Below, piece by piece: positions 1-9,183 of a stretch of 64,000 bases of DNA. Location of the stretch: contig CAWBME010000006.1 in NCBI GenBank assembly GCA_963789825.1, positions 5,541 through 69,540 of the forward strand, read 5' to 3'. Both the position numbers and the translations under genes were made by a program. This DNA is from an uncultured Chloroflexia bacterium. GTDB lineage: Bacteria; Chloroflexota; Anaerolineae; Anaerolineales; E44-bin32. How positions within the stretch are numbered: the stretch's first letter is position 1; every line of letters starts with the position of its first letter. The notes beneath the pieces were generated by a model that made no database searches, was not told the DNA's origin, and saw only the letters and a program-made list of their open reading frames with translations.

Positions 1-328
1 AGCCGAGAGCTTCGGCCGCAGGGTGGGCAACGAGCGCCGACAGCAGCCAAAGCGAGACTGCGATAGCCCCTGCCGTGAGCCAGCCGACCAAACCCAATAC
101 GAGAAGCCAGCACCGCGATGGCTCCCAGACCAGGGACTCCGCCAGCAGCCAGGTGTTGGAGGCAGGGGAGGGCTGCAGCCGAAGCACAGCCAGCAGCCTG
201 CGGCCAGCGCCCGCCGCCAGCACGCCGACCAGCAGCCAGAGCAGCAGGCTCAACCCGACGTCACGAATCGCGATCGCGCCGACCTCATCCAAGCCGCGTG
301 GTGTCGTGAGCCAGCGGATGGCGAGCAC
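1..328 (-). CDS. Partial polytopic membrane protein (3' end outside window), N-terminal region resembling the GT-C-like paralog at 19275-21296
   Basis: The minus-strand frame is open from ~328 to the window edge. Its translation ...AIRDVGLSLLLWLLVGVLAAGAGRRLL...LVLGLVGWLTAGAIAVSLWLL is TM-rich and parallels ...AADSCLALLIVLAAGAIGRRLV... of the 19275 gene. Only a GTG (326-328) is available as a start, so the start is uncertain. Confidence 0.3.
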   Translation of the reverse strand, partial: MLAIRWLTTPRGLDEVGAIAIRDVGLSLLLWLLVGVLAAGAGRRLLAVLRLQPSPASNTWLLAESLVWEPSRCWLLVLGLVGWLTAGAIAVSLWLLSALVAHPAAEALG

Positions 329-491
329 GACACCCGTTACCGCTCGGGATCGTCCAGTCGGGCAGAAGGCGTCGCACGGTAGGAGCAGCGGCGGCGGTCA
401 CTGCGCCAATTGTATTCGGTTGACGGGCAGGCGAAAGCCGAAGCAGCGGGACACTCGGCCGCCCCAGGTGGATCGAGCAGCATGACTCGGG

Positions 492-2834
492 CTAGGTGTT
501 CGCCTCCAACTTGGCGATGTCCGGCGCCTGCTGCTTGGAGCGGACGACCGACCAGGCGAGCAAGCCCGCCAAGACCAGCACCAGCCCCCAGCCGACCCAA
601 CCCAAATCCGTGTACTGGACGATGATCGGGGCGATGATCACCGAAACCAGGTTCACCACCTTGATCATCGGATTCAAGGCCGGTCCGGCGGTGTCCTTCA
701 GCGGATCGCCGACGGTGTCGCCCACCACGCTCGCCTTGTGGCGCTCCGATCCTTTGCCAAGGTTGTTGGCCAATTCGCGCGGCTCGTCTTCGATGAGCTT
801 CTTGGCGTTGTCCCAGGCGCCGCCGGTGTTGTTCATGTAGACGGCCAGCAGCTGCCCGGAGAGGATCATCCCCGCCAGGAACCCGCCAAGTGCCTCCACG
901 CCCAGCACCAGTCCGACGATGATCGGCGTGACAATGCCCAGCAGCCCCAGGCCGACCAGTTCTTTCTGGGCGGCCATCGTCGAGATCATGATCGGCTGCC
1001 GGTAGTCCGGAGGCACCTTGCCTTCCAGGACGCCCAGGCTGAACTGACGCCGAACCTCTTTGACGATCAGGGCCGCCGCCCGGCTGACGGCCAGGATGGC
1101 GAACGACGAGAACAACCAGGGCAGCGCGCCGCCGATCAACATGCCGACGAAGACCTGCGGGCCGTCGACGCGAATGCCCACACTGGCAATCCGCTCGGCC
1201 AGCGGAACGCCCAAGGCCTCCTGTGCACGTCCCACGTCTACCAGGAATGAGCCGAACAAGGCAACCGCCGCGATCACCGCCGAGCCGATCGCAACGCCCT
1301 TGGTGATCGCCTTGGTGGTGTTGCCGACCGCGTCCAGGTCAGCCATGATCTGGCGGGCGGCGTTAGTGTCCTCGTCGTGCTGGTCCGACCACGCCATCTC
1401 GCCGATGCCGTTGGCGTTGTCGGCGATCGGGCCGAAGGCGTCCATGGCCACGTTGTTCCCGGTTAGGGTCAGCATGCCGATGCCGGTCATGGCCACGCCA
1501 TACAGGATGAAGTTGACCTCCTGAGCGCCCGTAAGCCCGGGAATGCTGCCGAAGATCAAGATCGAGCTGACGATCGTGCCGGCAATCACCAGGACCGCCC
1601 ACACGGATAACTCATAGCCGACGGAGATCCCCTGCAGGATGAGCGTGGCGGCACCCGTGTCGGCCGCCTTGCGGATCTCCTTCACGGGTGAGTAATGCGT
1701 GCCCGTGAAGTACTCGGTCATGCGGTCGATCACGATCGCCAAGAGCACGCCGGCTGCCACAGCCAGCGGAGTTCGCCACCAGCCTCCCCAGGCCTGCATG
1801 GCGGGCGTGTTCAGGTAGAGGTAGCCGGCGCCGAAGAAGAGCGCGGCGGATATGGCGGCCGAGGACAGAAAGCCGCGGAAGATGGCCGCCATGGCATCGC
1901 CGCTCTTTCCCGTTCCGCCGCGCACGAGGTAGGTGCCAATGATCGAAGACAGAACACCGATCCCCCGAACCATCAGCGGATACAGGATCCACTCGATCAT
2001 GCCGGTGATGTGCCACAGTGCCAGGCCCAGGATCAAGCCGGCAACGATGGTGACCTCGTAGCTCTCAAAGATGTCGGCCGCCATCCCGGCGCAGTCGCCG
2101 ACATTGTCGCCCACTAGGTCCGCTACCACGGCCGGATTGCGCGGGTCGTCCTCAGGGATGCCCGCCTCCACCTTCCCGACCAAGTCGGCTCCGACATCGG
2201 CCGCCTTGGTGAAGATGCCGCCGCCCACTCGCATGAACAGCGCCACCAGCGTGGCTCCGAAGCCGAAGCCGAGCAGTGCGTCCGGGGCCGCGATCCCGAG
2301 CATGATGAAGATCAGCGTGCCGCCCAGCAAGCCCAGGCCGTCGGTCAGCATGCCGGTGATCGTGCCGGTGCGGTAGGCGATGCGCAGCGCCTCGCCGAAC
2401 GATCGACGCGACGCCGATGCCACCCGGACGTTGCCCTGGACGGCCATGCGCATCCCGAGTTGCCCTACCAGCAGGCTGAAGGATGCCCCCATCAAGAACG
2501 CCAGCGCCCGGGCGCCACCAATCGTGAGTCGAACCTGGTCGGGGGACATCCCGGAAAAGCGCTGCATGGCTTCCGGAGAGGGCTCGACGATGTAGACCGA
2601 CAGGAACAGGGCCACCGTCAGCACGGCCATCAACGGCAGGATCGTCCGCAGCTGTCGGCGCAGGTAGGCATCGGCGCCATCGCGGATGGCGCCCCACACC
2701 TCCTGCATCTTGGCGGTGCCCTTGTCCTCTTTCAGGATCTGGCCCCGTAAGTACCAGGCGTACAACAGGCCGAGAATCGCAACTCCTAGGATGCTCCACA
2801 CGGCGATCTGCTCGAAGGTGGACAGTCCCTGCAT
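492..2834 (-). CDS. hppA: Membrane-bound H+-translocating inorganic pyrophosphatase
   Basis: 780-aa ORF with many TM helices. It carries diagnostic H+-PPase motifs (GDNVGDCAGMAADIFESYEVT, DAVGNTTKA, GGAWDNAKK, VGDTVGDPLKDTAGPALN). Confidence 0.97.
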   Translation of the reverse strand: MQGLSTFEQIAVWSILGVAILGLLYAWYLRGQILKEDKGTAKMQEVWGAIRDGADAYLRRQLRTILPLMAVLTVALFLSVYIVEPSPEAMQRFSGMSPDQVRLTIGGARALAFLMGASFSLLVGQLGMRMAVQGNVRVASASRRSFGEALRIAYRTGTITGMLTDGLGLLGGTLIFIMLGIAAPDALLGFGFGATLVALFMRVGGGIFTKAADVGADLVGKVEAGIPEDDPRNPAVVADLVGDNVGDCAGMAADIFESYEVTIVAGLILGLALWHITGMIEWILYPLMVRGIGVLSSIIGTYLVRGGTGKSGDAMAAIFRGFLSSAAISAALFFGAGYLYLNTPAMQAWGGWWRTPLAVAAGVLLAIVIDRMTEYFTGTHYSPVKEIRKAADTGAATLILQGISVGYELSVWAVLVIAGTIVSSILIFGSIPGLTGAQEVNFILYGVAMTGIGMLTLTGNNVAMDAFGPIADNANGIGEMAWSDQHDEDTNAARQIMADLDAVGNTTKAITKGVAIGSAVIAAVALFGSFLVDVGRAQEALGVPLAERIASVGIRVDGPQVFVGMLIGGALPWLFSSFAILAVSRAAALIVKEVRRQFSLGVLEGKVPPDYRQPIMISTMAAQKELVGLGLLGIVTPIIVGLVLGVEALGGFLAGMILSGQLLAVYMNNTGGAWDNAKKLIEDEPRELANNLGKGSERHKASVVGDTVGDPLKDTAGPALNPMIKVVNLVSVIIAPIIVQYTDLGWVGWGLVLVLAGLLAWSVVRSKQQAPDIAKLEANT

Positions 2835-2871
2835 TGGGGCGCTCCTTGGTTCGGGGTATTGGCGAGTTCAG

Positions 2872-2885
2872 GGGCCAATTGGCCC
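2872..2885. promoter_or_regulatory. Perfect 14-bp palindrome GGGCCAATTGGCCC, candidate operator at the hppA transcription start
   Basis: Read directly. It lies immediately downstream (minus strand) of the predicted hppA -10 hexamer, so it would span the TSS. Confidence 0.35.
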
Positions 2886-2886
2886 G

Positions 2887-2915
2887 ATTGTACGGTAGCG
2901 CTCAGAACCAGTCAA
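2887..2915 (-). promoter_or_regulatory. Candidate sigma-70 promoter of hppA (TTGACT-17 nt-TACAAT)
   Basis: Minus-strand reading gives TTGACT (2915-2910), a 17-nt spacer and TACAAT (2892-2887), about 50 nt upstream of the hppA ATG. Confidence 0.55.
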
Positions 2916-2962
2916 GCTGCGCCGCACATATATGAGAGTCGCATGAGAAATAGCCGGTCAGG

Positions 2963-2992
2963 TTGACTGGCCTCTACAGAAGTCTGTATAGT
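2963..2992 (+). promoter_or_regulatory. Candidate sigma-70 promoter of the ABC-2 operon (TTGACT-18 nt-TATAGT)
   Basis: TTGACT at 2963-2968 and TATAGT at 2987-2992. This argues that the long ORF start at 2963 is not the real start of the ATPase gene. Confidence 0.5.
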
Positions 2993-3106
2993 CTCCTTGA
3001 TAGACGTCTGGCTTCCCTGCGCTTCCGTTCCGCCTGTCCCTTCGACGGGGCGGGTGGCCCGACCCCTGACGAACCGAGAAGCCGCCCGATCGGAGATGAA
3101 CCGACT

Positions 3107-4045
3107 GTGATTCGCGTCACGGGCTTGAGCAAGTCGTACGGCCCGCACCTGGCCGTCCACGACCTGACCTTCCACGCCGATCGCGGGGAGATCGTGGGAT
3201 TCCTGGGGCCGAATGGGGCTGGGAAGACGACCACGATGCGCATCCTGGCCGGCTTCATGCCGCCTTCGGCCGGCACGGCGCAGGTGGCCGGGTTCGACGT
3301 GGTGGATCAGTCGCTCGAAGTCCGCCGCCGGGTAGGCTATCTGCCCGAGACCGTCCCGCTCTATCCCGAGATGTCGGTGCGCGAGTACCTGGCCTTCATG
3401 GGCAGCCTGCGCCGGGTCCCCGGCCTGGAGGCGCGCATCGATCAGGTGCTCGAGGAAGTCAGCCTCAGCGAGCGGGCGGAGAGCATCATCGGGAACCTGT
3501 CCAAGGGACTGCGTCAACGCCTCGGACTGGCGCAGGCCCTGCTGCACCAACCGGAGGTCTTAATCCTCGACGAGCCGACGATCGGCCTCGACCCGGCGCA
3601 GATCATCGAAGTCCGGCGCATCATCCAGGCCCTGGGCCCATTGCGCACGGTGTTGCTCTCGACCCACATCCTGTCTGAGGCGCAGCAGGTCTGTGACCGA
3701 GTGCTGATCATCAATCGTGGGACGATCGTCGCCGAGGACACACCAGGGAATCTCCAGGCGCAATTGGCTGGAGCGGAGAGGTTCCGGGTGAGCGCTTCCC
3801 TGGATGGAGAAGATCTGCTGCGGCTGCTGCAGAGCGTGCCCGGCGTGAAGGCGGTCCGTCTGCCAGGTGGGCAGGGCGAGGCGGAGATCTCCGGCACCCC
3901 AGGCCAGGACCTCCGCCCGCTGGTCGCGCGGCGCATCATCGAAGCCGGGCACGATCTGTACGCCCTCACCCCGGTCGGACTCAGCCTGGAGGAGGTCTTC
4001 CTGCAGCTGACACGCGAGGAAGCCGAAGCCCAGGAGGCCGCCTGA
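3107..4045 (+). CDS. ABC transporter ATP-binding protein (ABC-2 / GldA-like)
   Basis: Walker A GPNGAGKTT, signature LSKGLRQRLGLA and Walker B LILDEPT. The in-frame GTG at 3107 is preceded by GGAGA. The maximal ORF starts at 2963 but overlaps the predicted promoter. Confidence 0.9.
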   Translation: MIRVTGLSKSYGPHLAVHDLTFHADRGEIVGFLGPNGAGKTTTMRILAGFMPPSAGTAQVAGFDVVDQSLEVRRRVGYLPETVPLYPEMSVREYLAFMGSLRRVPGLEARIDQVLEEVSLSERAESIIGNLSKGLRQRLGLAQALLHQPEVLILDEPTIGLDPAQIIEVRRIIQALGPLRTVLLSTHILSEAQQVCDRVLIINRGTIVAEDTPGNLQAQLAGAERFRVSASLDGEDLLRLLQSVPGVKAVRLPGGQGEAEISGTPGQDLRPLVARRIIEAGHDLYALTPVGLSLEEVFLQLTREEAEAQEAA

Positions 4046-4047
4046 TC

Positions 4048-4779
4048 ATGCGCAACGTGTGGACGATCGCCGTGCGCGAACTGCGCCACTACTTCGTCTC
4101 ACCGGTCGCCTACGCCCTGGCCTTCATGGTCTTCCTCATCCTGGGCGTCATCTTCTTCATGAACGTTTCCTTCGGACTGCAGTCCGGCTCCGTCAGCCCG
4201 GACGGCCGAATCGTGATGGGCCCCCTGGTCACCATCCTGCTGTTCATCACGCCGGCAATCACCATGCGCCTGATCGCCGATGAGTACCGCATGGGCACCT
4301 TCGAGCTGCTGCTCACCGCGCCCGTGCGGGACTGGGAGTTGGTGGTGGGCAAGTGGCTTGGCTCGATGCTGTTCATGCTGAGCATCCTGTTGGTGACCTG
4401 GGCTTACCCACTGATCCTGCACCGCATGTCGACACCCGGGATTGACCAAGGGATCCTGCTGGCATCCACGCTTGGCATCGTGCTGATGGTGGCCGCCATG
4501 CTGGCCATCGGAGTGATGGTGTCGGCCTTTTTCCGCAACCCACTGGCGGCATTCTTCACCAGCCTGGCCGTGCTCCTGGTGTTGTGGATCGCAGGCGGCC
4601 TTGGTTCAGGATCCGGCGTGGCCGGTGATATCGCCCGGCAGCTGAGCTTCGTCGATCACTTCTACGGCAGCTTCTACCGCGGGCTGATCAGCCTGACCGA
4701 TGCACTGTACTACGTGAGCCTGACCGTGCTGGCGCTCTTCCTGGGCAGCCAGGCGGTGGAGGCGCGCAGGTGGGGCTAG
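4048..4779 (+). CDS. ABC-2 type transporter permease (GldF-like)
   Basis: 243-aa protein with ~6 TM helices, starting 3 nt after the ATPase stop. Confidence 0.85.
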   Translation: MRNVWTIAVRELRHYFVSPVAYALAFMVFLILGVIFFMNVSFGLQSGSVSPDGRIVMGPLVTILLFITPAITMRLIADEYRMGTFELLLTAPVRDWELVVGKWLGSMLFMLSILLVTWAYPLILHRMSTPGIDQGILLASTLGIVLMVAAMLAIGVMVSAFFRNPLAAFFTSLAVLLVLWIAGGLGSGSGVAGDIARQLSFVDHFYGSFYRGLISLTDALYYVSLTVLALFLGSQAVEARRWG

Positions 4780-4780
4780 C

Positions 4781-6331
4781 GTGAACCGATCCCGCTTGGC
4801 ATCGATCGCCTACGCCGCGACAGCCGTGCTGCTGCTGGCCAGCCTCGCCTGGTACGTGGTCAGTCGGGAGGCGGACCGCTATGTACAGGTCGGTCTGGCG
4901 CTGGCGCTGCTGGCGCTGGCGGCGGCCGTGCTGCTGGACCCGCAGCGGGTACGGCGGGGGCTCAGCGGACGCCAGGCGCGCTACGGGAGCAATGCAGCCT
5001 TGCTCACGGTGGCTGTCCTCGGCATCCTGGGCGTGGCCAATTTCCTGGCCTTCAACAACCCGCAGTCTCTTGACCTGACGGAGACGAAGGATTTCAGCCT
5101 GACTCCCGAGACGCTGCTGATCCTCGACCAGTTGCAGCAACCGGTGCAGCTCATCGGCTTCTTCACGGCGGACTCGGTCGACGGGCGCGATCTCTCCACC
5201 GCGCTGTTCGAGGCCTATCAGCGCAACGGCCGAGGCAAGCTCAGCTACGAGTTCGTCGATCCGCGAGCCAATCCGATCGCGGCCGACCGCTATGGCGTCC
5301 AGCGCGACGCCAGCGTCGTGGTCGCGGCGGGCAGCGCCTCTGAAGTGCTCTCCTATCCCAGCGAGGAAGAGCTGACCGGGGCCATCCTGCGCCTGACCAA
5401 CCCGGAAGAACGCAAGGTGTACTTCATCGTCGGGCACGGTGAGCGCGACCTGGAGGCGGTGGATGACGCCGGCTACAGCGAGGTGCGCCGGGCGCTGCAG
5501 GCCAAGAACTACCAGGTCGAATCGCTCAGTCCGCTCAGCGAAGGCGCCATCCCGCAGGATGCACTCGCCGTCGTGATCGCTGGACCGACGGTGGACCTGG
5601 CGCCGGTCGAGGCGAAGCTGATCCAGGACTACCTTGCCCGGGGGGGTGCGCTGGTGCTGCTTTCCGAACCGACGGCGGCGCTGGCGGCGGCCCAACCGTT
5701 GGACCCGCTCGGCCAGTACCTCAAGCAGGAATGGGGCATCGTGTTCCAGGACGATCTGGTGCTCGACCTGAACTCCTCCTTGCCGCTGACCGCCATCGCC
5801 GCCGAGTACGGCGAGCATCCGATCACCACCCGCCTGCGCAACCTGCGTTCGTACTTCCCTTCGGCGCGCAGCCTGCGCCTGGAGGCGGTCGAGAATCCGC
5901 TGATGCAGCCGCTGCCCCTGGTGCTCACGGCGACCAACTCGTGGGGGGAGGCCGACTACGCTGGCCTCACCGGAGGGGGGAATCTTGCCTTTGACGAGGG
6001 CGAGGACGTGGCCGGACCGATGCTGCTGGCAGCGGCGGCTGAGGATCTCGAGACGGGTTCGCGGGTCGTCGTGATCGGCGACTCGGATTTCGCCGCCAAT
6101 GCAGATTTCCTTGGCCTTGGGAATGGAGATCTGTTGGTCAACAGCATCGACTGGGCAGCGCGCCAAGACAAACTGATCAGCCTGACGCCCAAGCCGGCGA
6201 TCTCGCGCTTCGTGCTGCCGCCGTCTACCCAGACGATTGGTGGCATCTTCCTGATCACGGTGGTCTTGATCCCGGCCGCCGTGCTGGCTGCCGGAGCCTA
6301 CGTGTGGTGGAGCCGGCGCAGGCGCGGATGA
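4781..6331 (+). CDS. GldG-like ABC transporter auxiliary protein (ABC-type uncharacterised transport system)
   Basis: 516-aa protein with N- and C-terminal TM anchors flanking a large extracytoplasmic domain. It sits in the canonical position after the ABC-2 permease and has a GTG start. Confidence 0.8.
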   Translation: MNRSRLASIAYAATAVLLLASLAWYVVSREADRYVQVGLALALLALAAAVLLDPQRVRRGLSGRQARYGSNAALLTVAVLGILGVANFLAFNNPQSLDLTETKDFSLTPETLLILDQLQQPVQLIGFFTADSVDGRDLSTALFEAYQRNGRGKLSYEFVDPRANPIAADRYGVQRDASVVVAAGSASEVLSYPSEEELTGAILRLTNPEERKVYFIVGHGERDLEAVDDAGYSEVRRALQAKNYQVESLSPLSEGAIPQDALAVVIAGPTVDLAPVEAKLIQDYLARGGALVLLSEPTAALAAAQPLDPLGQYLKQEWGIVFQDDLVLDLNSSLPLTAIAAEYGEHPITTRLRNLRSYFPSARSLRLEAVENPLMQPLPLVLTATNSWGEADYAGLTGGGNLAFDEGEDVAGPMLLAAAAEDLETGSRVVVIGDSDFAANADFLGLGNGDLLVNSIDWAARQDKLISLTPKPAISRFVLPPSTQTIGGIFLITVVLIPAAVLAAGAYVWWSRRRRG

Positions 6332-6344
6332 GGCCAGGCAAGCG

Positions 6345-6923
6345 ATGATCCGACGCAGCACCTGGTATGCCTTGGGCGTCCTGGCCGCCGTGGTTGTGGC
6401 GGCGGTGGTCTGGTCACGTACTGGCGGGGCACAGCGGGCTGAGCTATCGGACCTCCCGCCGACGCCTTCGCCGCTGTGGACGGTCGAGTCCAACACGGTC
6501 GAGCAGTTGGTCATCGAGAGCGGTGAAGGTGAGGTGCTGCTGGCGGCTGCGCGGGACGCCTCTGCCGGATGGGTGCTCAGGCAACCGCAAGCCGGGCCGG
6601 CGGATGCCGGGCGGCTGGAACGGGCGGTGAGCTGGCTGGCCAGCCCACCGGTGAGGGCGGAGCTGGAGGCCCCCGACGACCTGACCCCCTTCGAGCTCGA
6701 CCCGCCGCGCTACCGTGTGCGTTTGGTCACCCGCCAGGGGAGTGAGCAGACCTTCGGCATCGGCCGCCAGGCGCCGACGGGCGACACGGTGTACGCCATG
6801 ATGCCGGGCAGGACGGGGATCGCATTGTTGAGCAGCTTTGGGGTAGAGGAAGTGCTCGGTCTTCTCGAGCCCCTCCCGCTCCCGGCAACCGGAATGCCAA
6901 GTGGTGGAACGGCCGAACCTTAG
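6345..6923 (+). CDS. DUF4340-like membrane-anchored protein
   Basis: 192-aa protein with a single N-terminal TM helix. This is the usual fourth gene of GldA/F/G-like modules. Family assignment rests on context and architecture only. Confidence 0.6.
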   Translation: MIRRSTWYALGVLAAVVVAAVVWSRTGGAQRAELSDLPPTPSPLWTVESNTVEQLVIESGEGEVLLAAARDASAGWVLRQPQAGPADAGRLERAVSWLASPPVRAELEAPDDLTPFELDPPRYRVRLVTRQGSEQTFGIGRQAPTGDTVYAMMPGRTGIALLSSFGVEEVLGLLEPLPLPATGMPSGGTAEP

Positions 6924-7003
6924 GATGTCCAGACGTGTCGACCCACAATGCCGGGCACGCCGGATTGATTCGGGGCCGGATTGACTGTATTCTGGAAGTG
7001 AGA

Positions 7004-8281
7004 ATGGCCAAGATGCGCAGGAAGACAACGACTGAGAAGACGATGCGGCTGCCCCTGCCGGGGGTAGATGACGAGCCGAGTCCACTGGATGCGGTGATCG
7101 AGGAACCCCCGGCCGCGGAGGAGGAGAATCCAGCGATCGAGCAGTTGATCGAGCTCGGCCGGGAGAGAGGCTTCGTCACCATCGATGACATCCTCTCGTT
7201 CTTCCCGGAGGCCGAGCGCGACCTGGATCAGCTGGAAGAGTCCTACGCCGCGTTGCTTGCGGCCGGGATCCCGTACCTGGATGAAGTAGCCGAGGTCGAG
7301 GACCTGGCCGACGACGATGGCGTCGAGGAGGATGCTGGGCCGCCGGAAGCCGGCGATGACCTGGTCCACCTGGACGCGGATGACACCGTCGGGCTGTACC
7401 TCAAGGAGGTTGGGCGCGTTCCGCTGCTCACCGCCGAGCAGGAGGTCTCCCTGGCCAAGCGCATCGAGCGTGGGCGCAAGGCGCGCGAGGAGCTGGCAGC
7501 CGGCCCGGTGTCGGCCAAGCGGCGGCGCGAGCTGCGACTGCTGATCGAGGATGGCTGGGCAGCGCGCGAGCATCTGATCACCGCCAACTCGCGCCTGGTG
7601 ATCAGCGTGGCCAAGAAGTACATGGGGCGCGGCGTCCCCTTCCTCGACCTGATCCAGGAGGGGAACATCGGCCTGATCCGTGCCGCCAAGAAGTTCGACT
7701 ACCGCCGCGGCCACAAGTTCTCGACCTACGCCACCTGGTGGATTCGCCAGGCGGTCACCCGGGCCATCGCCGATCAAGGGCGTACGATCCGCGTGCCGGT
7801 GCACATGGGTGATCAGATCAACAAGCTGCTGCGCGTCTCGCATCAGCTGACCCAGCGCCTCGGCCGCGATCCATCGACCGATGAGTTGGCAGATGCGCTG
7901 ACGGTCGCGCCCAAGAAGGTCGAGAACATGATCCAGGTGGCGCGCCGGCCGCTGTCGCTCGAGACGCCGACCGACGAGGACGAGGACTCGGTGCTGGGAG
8001 ATTTCATCCAGGATGAGGAGTCGCTCGCCCCGGCAGAGGCCGTCACGCAGAATTTGCTGCGCGAGCATCTGGCCGAAGTGCTCAACATGCTCCCGCCGCG
8101 CGAAGTGCGCATCCTGCAGCTGCGCTACGGCCTGCTCGATGGCCAGAGCTACACCCTGGAAGAGGTCGGGCGCAAGATGGGCGTGACGCGCGAGCGCGTG
8201 CGCCAGATCGAGGCCCAAGCCCTTAGCCGCCTGCGCCATCCCAGCCATCGGCGCAAGCTTGCCGACTACCTGCGCGACTAG
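7004..8281 (+). CDS. rpoD: Primary RNA polymerase sigma factor (sigma-70 family)
   Basis: Regions 1.2-4.2 are recognisable ([54 protein letters not shown]; [23 protein letters not shown]). The ATG at 7004 follows GGAAGTGAG. The maximal ORF starts at 6935. Confidence 0.95.
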   Translation: MAKMRRKTTTEKTMRLPLPGVDDEPSPLDAVIEEPPAAEEENPAIEQLIELGRERGFVTIDDILSFFPEAERDLDQLEESYAALLAAGIPYLDEVAEVEDLADDDGVEEDAGPPEAGDDLVHLDADDTVGLYLKEVGRVPLLTAEQEVSLAKRIERGRKAREELAAGPVSAKRRRELRLLIEDGWAAREHLITANSRLVISVAKKYMGRGVPFLDLIQEGNIGLIRAAKKFDYRRGHKFSTYATWWIRQAVTRAIADQGRTIRVPVHMGDQINKLLRVSHQLTQRLGRDPSTDELADALTVAPKKVENMIQVARRPLSLETPTDEDEDSVLGDFIQDEESLAPAEAVTQNLLREHLAEVLNMLPPREVRILQLRYGLLDGQSYTLEEVGRKMGVTRERVRQIEAQALSRLRHPSHRRKLADYLRD

Positions 8282-8302
8282 CCCAGCCTTCCAGCCAACT
8301 TA

Positions 8303-8695
8303 CCCCCACACACGAGCCCGCCCCCCGGCGGGCTGATCGCTGCCCCCACACCCCAGCCCGCTCCCCCGGCGGGCTGATCGCTGCCTCCACACCCCAGCCC
8401 GCGCACCGGCGGGCTGATCTATGCCCCCACACCCCAGCCCGCTCACCGGCGGACTGATCATGGCCCGCGCATCGCCAGCCCGCTCCCTCGGCGGGCTGAT
8501 CTCTGCCCGCGCACGACCTCCGCCCGCATCCTCCGGCGAGCTGATCTCGCCCCACACCCCAGCCCGCTCGCCCGGCGACATCTTCCCACACCCAGCCCGC
8601 GCCGGCGAGCTGATCTCTGCCCACACCCCAGCCCGCTCACCGGCGGGCTGATCTTGCCCCCACACCCCAGCCCGCTCCCCCGGCGGGGGAGCGGG
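8303..8695. repeat. Tandem array of ~10 copies of a ~40-bp unit, each containing a palindrome (CAGCCCGC-N5-7-GCGGGCTG)
   Basis: Read directly. The GGCGGGCTGATC-like motif recurs about every 40 bp (8327, 8368, 8408, 8448, 8489, 8535, 8605, 8642). Units follow the pattern CCCCCACACCCCAGCCCGCTCCCCCGGCGGGCTGATCGCTG. The array ends in a 12+12 palindrome, CCCGCTCCCCCG-G-CGGGGGAGCGGG (8671-8695). Confidence 0.9.
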
Positions 8696-8883
8696 AGCCG
8701 GGGGAGTGCCTCCCCCGCACCCCCAGCAAGCGGCGGGCGGTGGAGTCCCCGATTGGTGCATCGAGCCGCCGCTAGATTCTCCCGTCGAGGTCCAGAGTGC
8801 CGCCTTGGCGCCTTCCTGCCACGGCCGCGTGGAGCGATCCGGCACTCGCGCGGCGGTTCGTGCCAAGACAGGAATGCCCCACA

Positions 8884-8955
8884 ATCCGCCGCCTGCGGGG
8901 GTGGGGGGAGGGGGTGCAGGGGGCATGGGGGGCGGGAGTGCAATTCCCGCCCCCC
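8884..8955. repeat. G-rich dispersed motif copy 1 (ATCCGCCGCCTGCGGGGGTGGGGGGAGG) followed by an 11-bp-stem hairpin
   Basis: The motif at 8884-8911 recurs at 9154-9183. The hairpin is GGGGGGCGGGA-GTGCAAT-TCCCGCCCCCC at 8927-8955. Confidence 0.5.
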
Positions 8956-9153
8956 GACCCCCTGGAAAGGAATTTGGAGCGCTTGCGGCTAACGTGATCT
9001 TGGAATGCCGGTGTTCACCCACTGGGTCCTGCGCGGCGCTGACGTCGAACGACGATCAGACCCATCGGGTTGCAGACGCGAAAGCAAGCTGGGTCAGGAG
9101 GATCGGTCATTCACCCGCGCGCCGTGTCGTGCCGTGGCTGTGAGATGCGGGGC

Positions 9154-9183
9154 ATCCGACGCTTGCCGGGGTGGGGGGAAGGT
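9154..9183. repeat. G-rich dispersed motif copy 2 (ATCCGACGCTTGCCGGGGTGGGGGGAAGG)
   Basis: Direct comparison with 8884-8911 shows the shared pattern ATCCG-CGC-TGC-GGGGTGGGGGGA-GG. Confidence 0.5.

Noticed and set aside
4688-6514. 608-aa minus-strand ORF (also 6920-8248 and 12247-13788 minus-strand ORFs)
   Set aside because: These are antisense to the GldG-like gene, rpoD and a GT-C gene respectively. They have low-complexity Arg/Gln/Gly-rich translations and are shadow ORFs.
8303-8695. Possible CRISPR array (regularly spaced palindromic repeats)
   Set aside because: The period is only ~40 bp and the whole unit repeats. There are no unique spacers between constant repeats, the units are degenerate, and no cas genes are in the window. 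It is a tandem REP-like repeat.
9053-9105. c-di-GMP-I (GEMM) riboswitch-like segment AGACGCGAAAGCAAGC
   Set aside because: Only a partial resemblance to the GACGCAAAGC motif. The first GGCAAA-type hairpin and tetraloop-receptor arrangement are missing. It lies between convergent gene ends, not in a 5' leader.
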